Positions 10,009 to 19,047 of a DNA stretch of 64,000 bases are shown here, one piece after another. The translations under genes and the position numbers were made by a program. The DNA is from a virus (lineage: Duplodnaviria > Heunggongvirae > Uroviricota > Caudoviricetes). The notes under the pieces are model-generated. The model saw nothing but the letters and a program-made list of their open reading frames with translations. It was not told the DNA's origin and did no database searches. How positions within the stretch are numbered: the first letter of the stretch is position 1; each line of letters begins with the position of its first letter. The DNA is taken from IMG/VR virus record IMGVR_UViG_2721755676_000001; one strand, written 5' to 3'.

Positions 10009-10392
10009 GTGTTTATTGAAGCGTTTGCAAGTTTGATGCAGAAGGCAAAGATTGGCACGGTCGGGACTGACATTTTCTGTCACTACTTGCCTGCCAATGT
10101 GAAATCTGGCGTCCTGCTTATTAACCCAAATACCGGTATCAGCATCGATCATGAGCTACAGGGCTTTTACCACGAATCATTCACAATAATTGTGCGTGGT
10201 TCGTCAATTACTACGACGGTTGAGAAAGCCAATAAAATCATTGAGATGTTTCCAGTAGAGGAAACGGAATCTGGTGGTGTTTATTTTCGACTGGTACGAC
10301 CGATGGCGATGCCAATCATTTATCCCAAAAATGATGGAGCATTAATAGAAGCAGGCATTCCTGTTGAATTTGCTGGCTATTTATTGAATTAG
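10009..10392 (+). CDS. hypothetical protein (possible tail terminator), GTG start
   Basis: In-frame GTG at 10009 preceded by GAGAGG; longer track ORF from 9886 would overlap previous gene by 120 nt. Confidence 0.4.
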   Translation: MFIEAFASLMQKAKIGTVGTDIFCHYLPANVKSGVLLINPNTGISIDHELQGFYHESFTIIVRGSSITTTVEKANKIIEMFPVEETESGGVYFRLVRPMAMPIIYPKNDGALIEAGIPVEFAGYLLN

Positions 10393-10466
10393 GTTAATCG
10401 GTAGGTATATACTTACTGTTAGCGCAATGAATGCGTAGAATTAACGGAAAAAGGAGTTTTCCATCA

Positions 10467-11213
10467 ATGTCTAATACCCATGTAAAAAACATCAAACTTG
10501 GTGCCTGTAAGGTGTCGTTTGGTGGTGTGGATTTGGGTTACACCAAAGGTGGTGTTCAGGTTGAAATCGCAACCGAAACGCTGAAAGTGACCGTAGACCA
10601 GCTGGGCCAGACCACGATCTCCGAGCTGATCCAGGGCCGTAACATCACCATTACTGCGCCGCTGGCTGAATCCGTGTTGAAAAACATGGTCGATCTGATG
10701 CCAGGTTCCACGCTGAGTTCTGGCGAAGATATCGTAACCATCACGTCTGCGCAGGGAGTGAACCTGATCGACGTTGCGAAAGAGTTGGTGCTGACCCCGC
10801 AGGATGCGACGGATTATGTTCTGACCATCCCTAAAGCAGCAACCGCGGGTAACTTCACCATGACCTACCAGTCTGACGACGTTCGCGTGTTCTCAGTTGA
10901 GTTTTCCGCTTACCCGGACGACGCTGGCGTGTTGGGGAAAATGAGCCTCCCAAAGCCGGTTGAGAGCGTCACGCTGACCCCGTCTTCACCGACCGTAAAA
11001 GTGGGCACTAAAGTTCAATTGAGCGCAACCTTCACCCCGGCCGATGCAACCAATAAGACTGGCGTGTGGAGCTCTGATGCGACTGATAAAGCGACCGTAG
11101 ATCAGAACGGACTGGTAACTGGTAAAGCTGTCGGTTCAGCCAATATCACCTTCACAACTAATGACGGTGCCAAGAAGGCGACCAAAGCCGTCTCTGTAAC
11201 TGCCGCAAGCTAA
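10467..11213 (+). CDS. major tail protein with C-terminal Ig-like domain (lambda gpV-like architecture)
   Basis: ATG at 10467 with AAGGAG 10 nt upstream; C-terminal Big_2-like segment; position before G/GT chaperones and tape measure. Confidence 0.7.
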   Translation: MSNTHVKNIKLGACKVSFGGVDLGYTKGGVQVEIATETLKVTVDQLGQTTISELIQGRNITITAPLAESVLKNMVDLMPGSTLSSGEDIVTITSAQGVNLIDVAKELVLTPQDATDYVLTIPKAATAGNFTMTYQSDDVRVFSVEFSAYPDDAGVLGKMSLPKPVESVTLTPSSPTVKVGTKVQLSATFTPADATNKTGVWSSDATDKATVDQNGLVTGKAVGSANITFTTNDGAKKATKAVSVTAAS

Positions 11214-11228
11214 ATTGTGATAACCCAA

Positions 11229-11248
11229 GAGGCCCATGGATGGGCCTC
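11229..11248 (+). other. stem-loop GAGGCCC-ATGGAT-GGGCCTC after major tail gene (no T-run)
   Basis: Read directly. Confidence 0.3.
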
Positions 11249-11274
11249 TGTATGAGTTTAAAAGGATTTAAACC

Positions 11275-11592
11275 ATGACCAAATTACTCGATCTCGACTC
11301 CATTCTGCCGCCGAAAAAAAGCATCAAATTTGGTGGCAAAGAATATCCCATCGTTGAAATGACCGTCGGCCTCTTTGTTTCCATCAAGCAGATGGAAGGC
11401 AAAGATCTCATGAACATGACTCCTGTTGAGCAAGTGACAGCTTATGCAGATCTGGTTCGTAAGGTTATCCCTTCAGTACCTGACGAAGTTCTTGAAAAAC
11501 TGACTGTTCCGCAACTCCAGCAGATCTTCACCTTCGCTATGGAAGTGATTGATGAAGAAAACGAAAAAGCGGCTGGCGAAGGGGCAAAGTAA
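11275..11592 (+). CDS. tail assembly chaperone (lambda gpG-like)
   Basis: 105-aa acidic ORF between major tail and tape measure genes; AAGGA RBS. Confidence 0.6.
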   Translation: MTKLLDLDSILPPKKSIKFGGKEYPIVEMTVGLFVSIKQMEGKDLMNMTPVEQVTAYADLVRKVIPSVPDEVLEKLTVPQLQQIFTFAMEVIDEENEKAAGEGAK

Positions 11593-11672
11593 TTTCCCGC
11601 GATGAATCCGGGACAAGGACCGTCTCAATAGATCTCGGATTCTATTTCAGTCGTGTAGTTGCTCACTACGCC

Positions 11673-11942
11673 GTGTCGCCATTAGAGCTACTGAACGTTC
11701 CTCTCACGATGTTCTGGATGCTCAGTCGCAATATAGACCGTCTGCGTGCGGAAGAGGATGTCCGCAACTTACAAGTCGCTCGTGCGTCCCAGGCGGATGG
11801 CGAGGCTGTGAAGGCGTTCATGGAGGGTTTGCAACTCAGGATTGGAAGACCAGTCGTAACAGATAAAGTCTACGATCCAAGCCAGGATAAGGCAGACCCT
11901 GACGCCAAAGAGCAACTGATGCAAATATTTGGCAGAGGATGA
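11673..11942 (+). CDS. tail assembly chaperone frameshift extension (gpT-like; frame open from 11556)
   Basis: ORF in the -1 frame relative to the G-like gene; -1 frame is open from 11556 and overlaps the G gene's last 36 nt; ends just inside tape measure start. Confidence 0.5.
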   Translation: MSPLELLNVPLTMFWMLSRNIDRLRAEEDVRNLQVARASQADGEAVKAFMEGLQLRIGRPVVTDKVYDPSQDKADPDAKEQLMQIFGRG

Positions 11943-11949
11943 CAAGGGA

Positions 11950-14900
11950 ATGTCACAAAACGTAGAGTTTATCCTGTCGCTGGAAGACAAACAGTTTACA
12001 GCGTCAATCGATCGTGCGGGGAAACTGCTTACTCGATTTGGTGAGCAGGTAACAAAGCCTGCTCAAAAAATCCAAACCTTTGAACGCTCTTTGGGTTCGG
12101 TCGCCCGTATCATTGGCGTTCTGGAAAGCAAGCTCGATTCTACGGCAGATAAACTACAGGATGTAGCTGCCGGTTTTGAGCTTGCTTCAGATGCTACGCG
12201 TAAAATGCGTGGCAACATCACCAGCCTCAATTCTGGTCTTAAAGCCCTGATTGAGCGCGTCGATACGACAACTTCTTCAGTAGATAAACTCACCGCGTCA
12301 TTACGTAAAGTGCAATCAGAGCTAAATGATTTCTCTGATTGGGCGACCTATGCAAGCAAAAGCGCAAGCCGCTTTGGTACGGAGGTCAAAGAAGCCTCTG
12401 CGTCCGTGAGTGGCATGAATACGCGCCTTAATACCACGACGAAGCGACTCAGTAATTGGGGTGTCACAACGAGTCAGGCTGCCGAGGGACTGAAAAAGGT
12501 TCGTGAGCAGATGGACGAAGTTATCGGACGTCAGCAACTGATTAGCAAGCCGGTACGCGTTCGTACATCTGGAAGTGGCGATGGTGGCAGCGGGCGGCGT
12601 AGCGGCTCTGGCCATAGCGATAAAAGTAACGAAGGAGGTATGTTCTCTGGCCTTCGTGGCAACATTTTCCTGCTTGGCGAGATCGGAGATGCAGCCAGAA
12701 CGGTTACTGACATCATGTTTGGGTGGCAGAAGCCTATTGTTGAAGCTGCGGCCGAAATGGAACGTATGCGGGTGATGCTTCGAGGGTTGAATAAGGAGAA
12801 GTCCAACCCGGGCCAGGCTGCCGCTGATGATATGAAGTACATCGTAGACATGGCTCAAAATGCGCCGTTCGCGATGCAGGCGTTAACAGATTCCTTCGTG
12901 AAGTTTCGTTCTGCTGGCTTAGATCCAACCGATGGCTCTCTGAAGGCGCTGGTGGACTCCGTTGCTCGTTTTGGTGGTGATAGTGAGCTGTTGAAACGTG
13001 CGGCTGTGGCCGTTCAGCAGATGTCCGGTAAGGGCGTCGTGTCAATGGAAGAGCTACGTCAGCAATTAGGTGAAGCCGTTCCTAACGCGATGCAGGCAAT
13101 GGCAGACGCCGCAGGCATCACTATGGGGGAACTGACTAAAGCCGTTGCCAGCGGTACGGTTGAGGCAAAACAGGCGTTGTCTCTGATGTTTGTTGGTCTG
13201 CGTGCGGAGAATGAGAACGCAGCGAAAGACATGATGCAAACCTACACAGGTGCGCTGGCGCAACTTCAGACGTCATTCACGTTATTTGCTGATCGGGTTG
13301 GTCAGGCCGGATATCTGGATTCTCTATCGAAGGGGATGAAAGAACTGGCTTCAATCATGAATAGCGCCGAAGGGATTTCGTTTGCCAATTCTTTAGGTTC
13401 GGGGTTAACAACGGCAATCGATGGGTTGCGTCAGCTTGCTCAATGGTTAGCAAAGAACCAAGAGCTGGTAATTAATCTCGGTAAGGTCGTGGCCGCGATG
13501 GTTGCGTTCAAACTGATGCGAGCATGGATCATGGGGGTAGTTGGCGCTGGGAGCCAGATGGTTAGCACCTTTGCCACGATGGCGACCGCCATACAGACTC
13601 CATTTAACCTCGGCGCTACAGCAGTAACTCGATTCAATCGTGCGGCACGTATGGGGCTGGCTCCGATCCCCTCTCTTATTTTCGCCATCCGTGGGGCGAT
13701 TACGGGGCTTAAAGGCGCTTTTGCTGGCCTGACTGCGTTTATTGCGGCGAATCCGATAGGTTTTGTTTTCACTGCTGCAATGACCGCTGTTGCTGGCTTA
13801 ATCACGTATATGACCATGCTTCGTAGCGAAACTTCAAAGGTCGTTGACGAGATTAGGAAAATACCAGAAGCGATGACGGCGGCTAAACGTGCACAGATGG
13901 CCGAGTATAAAGCGCGTCTTGAGCAACAAATCACGCAAAAGGAACAAGAGTTAAAATCTGGCGAAAAGGTGGTTTATGGGCCGGGTATGGCCGGAACTAC
14001 AGTAAAGATTAATCATGATGAACGTAAGCGAATAGAAAATGAGCTAAATGAACTTCGTAAGAAACGCGATAAAACCAATGAAACTATTGCCAGAGGGGAT
14101 TTGGCTGTAGCCAAACGTCTGGCAAAAGAGACGGCAGAATCCCAGATAGAGAAAATACTCGAAGAGAATAGAGACTTTGCGGCAACGTTCGTGAAAGCTC
14201 GTCAGGAGGCTCTGGAGAAAATCCAGAAAATCAAGGATGACGGTTCACTTTCGGATGACGAAAAGAACAAGCTATTGGCACCGTTACGTGAAACGGTAAA
14301 CAAAAGCTATCTGGAGCCTGCGCAAAAACTGGTTGATTCACTTTCTTCTCGTAAGAATGCGACCGAGAAGCAAATCGCGACTCTTAATGATCAGCTTGAA
14401 AAAGCGAAAAAGGAAGGAAATACCGAGCAGATTCAGAAACTGCAAGGAAGTATTCGTGGCTATCAGGAGCATTTGGAAGTCGTTGCTCAGGAACTGACTC
14501 AGGCAGAGTTTAAGAGGGATAACGCGGCCAAAAGTGGTAATGGCTTAGTGTCAATCAATGGAGATGTTCTGGGGTTAGGTACAACTGATAAAGCTGCTCA
14601 GAAGGCGCTGGCGCAATATATGCGAAACCAGATGGATTCTGCGACTTATCAGCGTACTTTGCCTGACGGCACTCCGATGATGGACTTCGAAGGTAAGCCG
14701 ATTATTGGGCCTAAACAACTCAAGACGCAGCTTAATTTGCAGAAAGCATCCAGCGCCAGCTCTCTGGAGAAAATGAGCGATGAAGAGCGTGCCGCAGCCA
14801 TTGCTGCACTAACTAAAGCTCGTGAACAGGATGCAGCAGCTGCCGAGAAAGCAGCCCAACGATCAGCTAACGCCTCGCAGCGTGCGGCCAAGAAGGAACA

Positions 14901-16506
14901 GGCAGCGCAACAGAAACTGGCAGCCGGATACCAGAAGGCTCTGGACAAAGCCGATCAGCTTATGGGGCAAATGGGTGAAAGCTCTAAGGCTACGGTATCG
15001 TTTGATCAGTCTCTTCGCGATACAACGAAATCGCTGACAGATTTGGCTAATGCGGTTCCTAACGAGTTCATCACTCAAGAGATGATCGACAAGGCGAAAA
15101 AACGTCTTGAAGACCTCAAAAATGCGACACCTGAATATCGCGAGATGTTTAATCGCCGCAATGTTGAGCAGATGATCTCCACTTGGGCACCGGAGGCGGA
15201 TTCCATTATTAGTGCTGGCTATACGCCGTCTCGCGAAGAGAAAGTTGCTGATTTCGAAGACACCTACAACCGCAATCTCAAAGCGTTGATAGAACTTCGT
15301 GATAAGGCGTCTGATCCTAAAGTTGTGGCGCTTTATACAAAGAAAATCAATCAACTGATTGCTGCTGGCAATACCGCGCTTATTAAAGAGACGGGGACTG
15401 CGACGCAGAAGTTGGCACTGGAATACGAAAACCTGGCAGAGCAGATCGAAAGCACCTGGACTGATTTGTTTAGTGGCTTAACTGATGTCCTGACTGATTT
15501 CGTTATTAACGGGAAGATGAGCTTCTCCAGCCTATCTCAGTCCATTTTGAAAGATATCACCAATATGGTCGTGAAGTCGCAGATCACGCTGCCTCTAATG
15601 AACATGTTGGGGATGGGAACCACCGCAGCTGGTAGTTCACAGAGTGGTAATTTGCTGACCGGGGTTGCTTCCGCCGTTGCCAATCAAGGGGTACGAATGG
15701 GCAACACTGTTAACGGCGACAAGTCGGTAGGAGAAGCCACGAAGGAGACGTCCAGTTCGGTAACTGGATTGGGGCAAACAACACAGCAGACCACCAGCGC
15801 AATTGGCACTGCAACAAATGCGATTGGTAGCTGGGTATCAGGGCTATTTGATAGCACTGAAGCCAAAGATGCCGAGACAAAAGCCGTGAAGGACTCCATC
15901 TTCTCGATGCAGAACCTCAGCTCTGTTACCGGCGCGCTGTCTGCCGCGTTTGCAATGCTTGGAGCTAATGCTTCCGGCTCTGGTAATAAGTGGTTGAGTT
16001 TTGGAGCAACGGTTGCATCTGGTCTTGTTTCAGCTTGGGCTGGCGGTGGTTTCGACAGCGTGACATCAAGCTCTGCTAAAACCGCAACCAGCAGTGTGGC
16101 TGACGGAACTAAAGGCATTCCTGCAATCCCGAAGTTTGCAAATGGAGGAATATTCGGAAAAGACGGCGTGATCCCGCTCCGTGCATACCAGAAAGGCGGT
16201 ATTGCTAACTCGCCTCAATTAGCGTTGTTTGGGGAAGGTTCTATGAATGAGGCGTATGTTCCATTGCCTGATGGCCGAACAATCCCTGTAACGCTCAGTA
16301 CCGATGGTATGAGTGGAGGCGGAAATGTTCTTTCTCCTGTATCAATTGAGATCAACGTCCATAGTGACGGTAGCACGACAGAATCCGGCGATACAGAAAG
16401 CATATGGAACAATGCCGCTCAACGGATGAAAGCAATCGCGCTTGAGACTATCGCTCAAGAGAAACGCCCTGGCGGATCACTCAACCCAAACACTCAACGT
16501 AACTAA
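11950..16506 (+). CDS. tail tape measure protein
   Basis: ~1500-aa mostly helical/coiled-coil protein after G/GT chaperones; ATG at 11950 (track ORF starts at TTG 11929). Confidence 0.85.
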   Translation: MSQNVEFILSLEDKQFTASIDRAGKLLTRFGEQVTKPAQKIQTFERSLGSVARIIGVLESKLDSTADKLQDVAAGFELASDATRKMRGNITSLNSGLKALIERVDTTTSSVDKLTASLRKVQSELNDFSDWATYASKSASRFGTEVKEASASVSGMNTRLNTTTKRLSNWGVTTSQAAEGLKKVREQMDEVIGRQQLISKPVRVRTSGSGDGGSGRRSGSGHSDKSNEGGMFSGLRGNIFLLGEIGDAARTVTDIMFGWQKPIVEAAAEMERMRVMLRGLNKEKSNPGQAAADDMKYIVDMAQNAPFAMQALTDSFVKFRSAGLDPTDGSLKALVDSVARFGGDSELLKRAAVAVQQMSGKGVVSMEELRQQLGEAVPNAMQAMADAAGITMGELTKAVASGTVEAKQALSLMFVGLRAENENAAKDMMQTYTGALAQLQTSFTLFADRVGQAGYLDSLSKGMKELASIMNSAEGISFANSLGSGLTTAIDGLRQLAQWLAKNQELVINLGKVVAAMVAFKLMRAWIMGVVGAGSQMVSTFATMATAIQTPFNLGATAVTRFNRAARMGLAPIPSLIFAIRGAITGLKGAFAGLTAFIAANPIGFVFTAAMTAVAGLITYMTMLRSETSKVVDEIRKIPEAMTAAKRAQMAEYKARLEQQITQKEQELKSGEKVVYGPGMAGTTVKINHDERKRIENELNELRKKRDKTNETIARGDLAVAKRLAKETAESQIEKILEENRDFAATFVKARQEALEKIQKIKDDGSLSDDEKNKLLAPLRETVNKSYLEPAQKLVDSLSSRKNATEKQIATLNDQLEKAKKEGNTEQIQKLQGSIRGYQEHLEVVAQELTQAEFKRDNAAKSGNGLVSINGDVLGLGTTDKAAQKALAQYMRNQMDSATYQRTLPDGTPMMDFEGKPIIGPKQLKTQLNLQKASSASSLEKMSDEERAAAIAALTKAREQDAAAAEKAAQRSANASQRAAKKEQAAQQKLAAGYQKALDKADQLMGQMGESSKATVSFDQSLRDTTKSLTDLANAVPNEFITQEMIDKAKKRLEDLKNATPEYREMFNRRNVEQMISTWAPEADSIISAGYTPSREEKVADFEDTYNRNLKALIELRDKASDPKVVALYTKKINQLIAAGNTALIKETGTATQKLALEYENLAEQIESTWTDLFSGLTDVLTDFVINGKMSFSSLSQSILKDITNMVVKSQITLPLMNMLGMGTTAAGSSQSGNLLTGVASAVANQGVRMGNTVNGDKSVGEATKETSSSVTGLGQTTQQTTSAIGTATNAIGSWVSGLFDSTEAKDAETKAVKDSIFSMQNLSSVTGALSAAFAMLGANASGSGNKWLSFGATVASGLVSAWAGGGFDSVTSSSAKTATSSVADGTKGIPAIPKFANGGIFGKDGVIPLRAYQKGGIANSPQLALFGEGSMNEAYVPLPDGRTIPVTLSTDGMSGGGNVLSPVSIEINVHSDGSTTESGDTESIWNNAAQRMKAIALETIAQEKRPGGSLNPNTQRN

Positions 16507-16511
16507 CTATC

Positions 16512-16533
16512 GACTGCCCCGACCGGGGCAGTC
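16512..16533 (+). other. stem-loop GACTGCCCC-GACC-GGGGCAGTC after tape measure gene (no T-run)
   Basis: Read directly. Confidence 0.3.
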
Positions 16534-16548
16534 TCACAAGGATGTGAG

Positions 16549-16884
16549 ATGGAAAGACAAACGTTTAATTGGTATCCAGATTACGAATCTGAAAAGAGCG
16601 TAAAACCGAATGTAACGGTACTTAATTTTGGTGATGACTACGAGCAGCGACAGGCTCAAGGTCTTAATCGTATTAAAGAAGAATGGTCGTTAACCTTTAC
16701 CAGGTCATACAACGAAATTAATGCAATCGATGATTTCCTGACTGAGCGATCAGGTGTTGAATCGTTCTATTGGGTTAATCCAAGAGGCAAGCAGATTGTA
16801 GTTGTATGTGACAGTCATACGGTCAAGCGATATCAGGGGTACTGTGTCTTAACTGCTACATTCAGACAAGTATTTGAGGCTTAA
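16549..16884 (+). CDS. minor tail protein (lambda gpM-like)
   Basis: 111-aa ORF first after tape measure, as in lambda M-L-K-I-J order. Confidence 0.7.
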   Translation: MERQTFNWYPDYESEKSVKPNVTVLNFGDDYEQRQAQGLNRIKEEWSLTFTRSYNEINAIDDFLTERSGVESFYWVNPRGKQIVVVCDSHTVKRYQGYCVLTATFRQVFEA

Positions 16885-16890
16885 GCATCT

Positions 16891-16913
16891 GGATAAGTAA
16901 GTACTAATTTACT
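16891..16913 (+). promoter_or_regulatory. junction motif GGATAAGTAAGTACTAATTTACT
   Basis: Read directly; TAA in all three frames. Confidence 0.4.
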
Positions 16914-16966
16914 ATCATTGTGGCGCTGACAGGATGTTAGCGCCTACTTATTTCAAGGATGAAACA

Positions 16967-17665
16967 ATGGGAATTAAAGCTGATATTCAGAGCTTATCTC
17001 CCTCTGCACTCATTGAGTTGTTCGTACTGGATATGTCGAACACAACTTCAGGGGGGAAGCTATTCTTCCACGCCGGAACAAACGAACTGATGCAACCGGT
17101 CGTCTGGCAAGGAGTGACATACGAGCCGTGGCCAATCAAAGCATCAGGCTTTGACAAAACTGGCCAGGGAACGTTGCCACGTCCAAAAATTCAGGTATCG
17201 AACTTTGCCGGAACCGTCTCTGCGGAAGTTCAGGCGAACGACGATCTTGTTGGCTGCCGCATTATTCGCAAGATGACGCTGGCTCGCTTCCTCGATGCCG
17301 TTAATTTTAAAGATGGTAATCCAACAGCAGATCCAAACCAACATTTCCCGGATGAAATGTGGTTTATCGAACAGAAAACGCTCGAAACTCATCAGGTTGT
17401 CGAGTTTGAGTTGTCCAGTGTGTTCGATTTGATGGGGGTGCAACTGCCGTATCGTCAGATCATTAAAAACACCTGCCCGTGGAAATACCGAGGGCCAGAA
17501 TGCGGCTATACCGGTCCATATTTCGACAAAAATAACCAGCAGACGTCTATGTCTGGTGCTGATTACTGCACAAAACGTTATGACGCCTGTAATGCGCGTC
17601 GGAATTATTTTGCCAACGGAGTGATCCATTTTGGCGGGTTTATTGGAGCTACGCGATATGGGTAA
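16967..17665 (+). CDS. minor tail protein (lambda gpL-like)
   Basis: Cys cluster CPWKYRGPECGY in C-terminal part, as in gpL-type proteins; ATG 16967 with AAGGA RBS. Confidence 0.75.
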   Translation: MGIKADIQSLSPSALIELFVLDMSNTTSGGKLFFHAGTNELMQPVVWQGVTYEPWPIKASGFDKTGQGTLPRPKIQVSNFAGTVSAEVQANDDLVGCRIIRKMTLARFLDAVNFKDGNPTADPNQHFPDEMWFIEQKTLETHQVVEFELSSVFDLMGVQLPYRQIIKNTCPWKYRGPECGYTGPYFDKNNQQTSMSGADYCTKRYDACNARRNYFANGVIHFGGFIGATRYG

Positions 17666-18455
17666 TAAAGCAATCCCTGAGCTTGGCTCTGATGTTATGC
17701 AGCAAATCTATCTCTGCGCCATAAATCGCTACCCTAATGAAGCGTGTGGCTTTCTGGTGAGAACTAATGGCGACAAATATCGCTTTATGGAAGCGCGAAA
17801 TGTTTCGGAGAACCCGCAGAACACTTTTGTAATGCACGTTGACGACATTATGGCGGCAGAGGATGCGGGTGATGTTATCGCAATCTGGCATTCACATACT
17901 GATGAATCAGCAGAAGCATCTGATGCCGATCGTGCAGGCTGTGAAGCGACGGAAGTTCCGTGGATGATTCTGGCTATTCGCAAGAATGTTGAGGGAGATG
18001 CCCCTTTCCATTTTAGCGAGATGAATGTGATCACACCTGATGGTTTCGAAATGCCATACCTGGGTAGACCGTATGTATTTGGCGTATTCGATTGCTGGAT
18101 GTTGTGTCGGGACTATTTGAAGCGTGAGTTTAACGTCGAACTAAACCCGAACGCACACCTGCATATTCCATCGTGGTACACCGGCGATAACGACATTCTC
18201 GATCAGAACTACCGTAACGAGGGATTGGTGCGTCTTGCGCCCGGAACAGAGCCTCAACGTGGGGACGTATTCTTTATCCAATACGGAAAAATGCCTGACC
18301 ACTGTGCGGTTTATATCGGCGATGGAATGATTCTTCATCACCAGATCGACCGCCTTAGTTGTCGTGCTTATTACGGCGGGATGTATCAGAAACATACGAC
18401 GCATCACTTGCGTCACAGAGACTTGCTCAAGGGAGATGAGACGTGTCTGAGTTAG
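17658..18455 (+). CDS. tail assembly protein (lambda gpK-like; JAB/MPN plus NlpC/P60-like)
   Basis: JAMM-like H-S-H-x7-S-x2-D (IWHSHTDESAEASDAD); ATG 17658 with GGAG RBS overlapping L stop. Confidence 0.75.
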   Translation: MGNKAIPELGSDVMQQIYLCAINRYPNEACGFLVRTNGDKYRFMEARNVSENPQNTFVMHVDDIMAAEDAGDVIAIWHSHTDESAEASDADRAGCEATEVPWMILAIRKNVEGDAPFHFSEMNVITPDGFEMPYLGRPYVFGVFDCWMLCRDYLKREFNVELNPNAHLHIPSWYTGDNDILDQNYRNEGLVRLAPGTEPQRGDVFFIQYGKMPDHCAVYIGDGMILHHQIDRLSCRAYYGGMYQKHTTHHLRHRDLLKGDETCLS

Positions 18456-19036
18456 TTCATGTGCAGCTTGGCGGCCCTATGGCCAAACATTTTGGCCGCC
18501 ACTGGCATCTAAAGGTGCGCAATACAAAACAGGCTCTGGATTTAATTGAGGCCAACAAGCCTGGGTTTAAAGCATGGATGAAGCGCAACATCAAAACCTA
18601 TGACAGATACCACATCCAGATCACCAATAAACAGGGCCACAAGTGGTCTGTGGACGAGAGTGAATATCAGATGATGGGGCAGTCTGACAACATAGCCAAA
18701 ATCCGCATTACCCCTGTTCCGCGAGGAAGCGGCGGTTCTGCTTTTGGGTGGTTTCAGACGGTAGTAGGAGCCGCTTTGTTGGTTGTATCGGCGGTAATGA
18801 TGCCCGCTCTTGCGCCTCTCGGTTTGTCACTGATGATGGGCGGTATAGCGCAAATCATATCTCCGCAAGCCACTAACGAAAGTGTGAGGCAGGCGGATAA
18901 CTCGAACTCTTATTACTTTGATGGACCTCAAAACACAACAAACCAGGGGAACCCTGTACAGCTTATCTATGGCGAGGAAATTTTAGTTGGCTCACAGGTC
19001 GTGAGTTCTTCTATCACCATCGACCAGCTTATGTAA
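18443..19036 (+). CDS. tail assembly protein (lambda gpI-like)
   Basis: GTG start with GGGAGA RBS; hydrophobic/Gly-rich C-terminus; position between K and J. Confidence 0.65.
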   Translation: MSELVHVQLGGPMAKHFGRHWHLKVRNTKQALDLIEANKPGFKAWMKRNIKTYDRYHIQITNKQGHKWSVDESEYQMMGQSDNIAKIRITPVPRGSGGSAFGWFQTVVGAALLVVSAVMMPALAPLGLSLMMGGIAQIISPQATNESVRQADNSNSYYFDGPQNTTNQGNPVQLIYGEEILVGSQVVSSSITIDQLM

Positions 19037-19047
19037 TCAAGGATTTT

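Noticed and set aside
9886-10392. Long form of the ORF starting at ATG 9886
   Set aside because: Would overlap the upstream gene by 120 nt; an in-frame GTG at 10009 with a GAGAGG RBS immediately after the upstream stop is a more plausible start.
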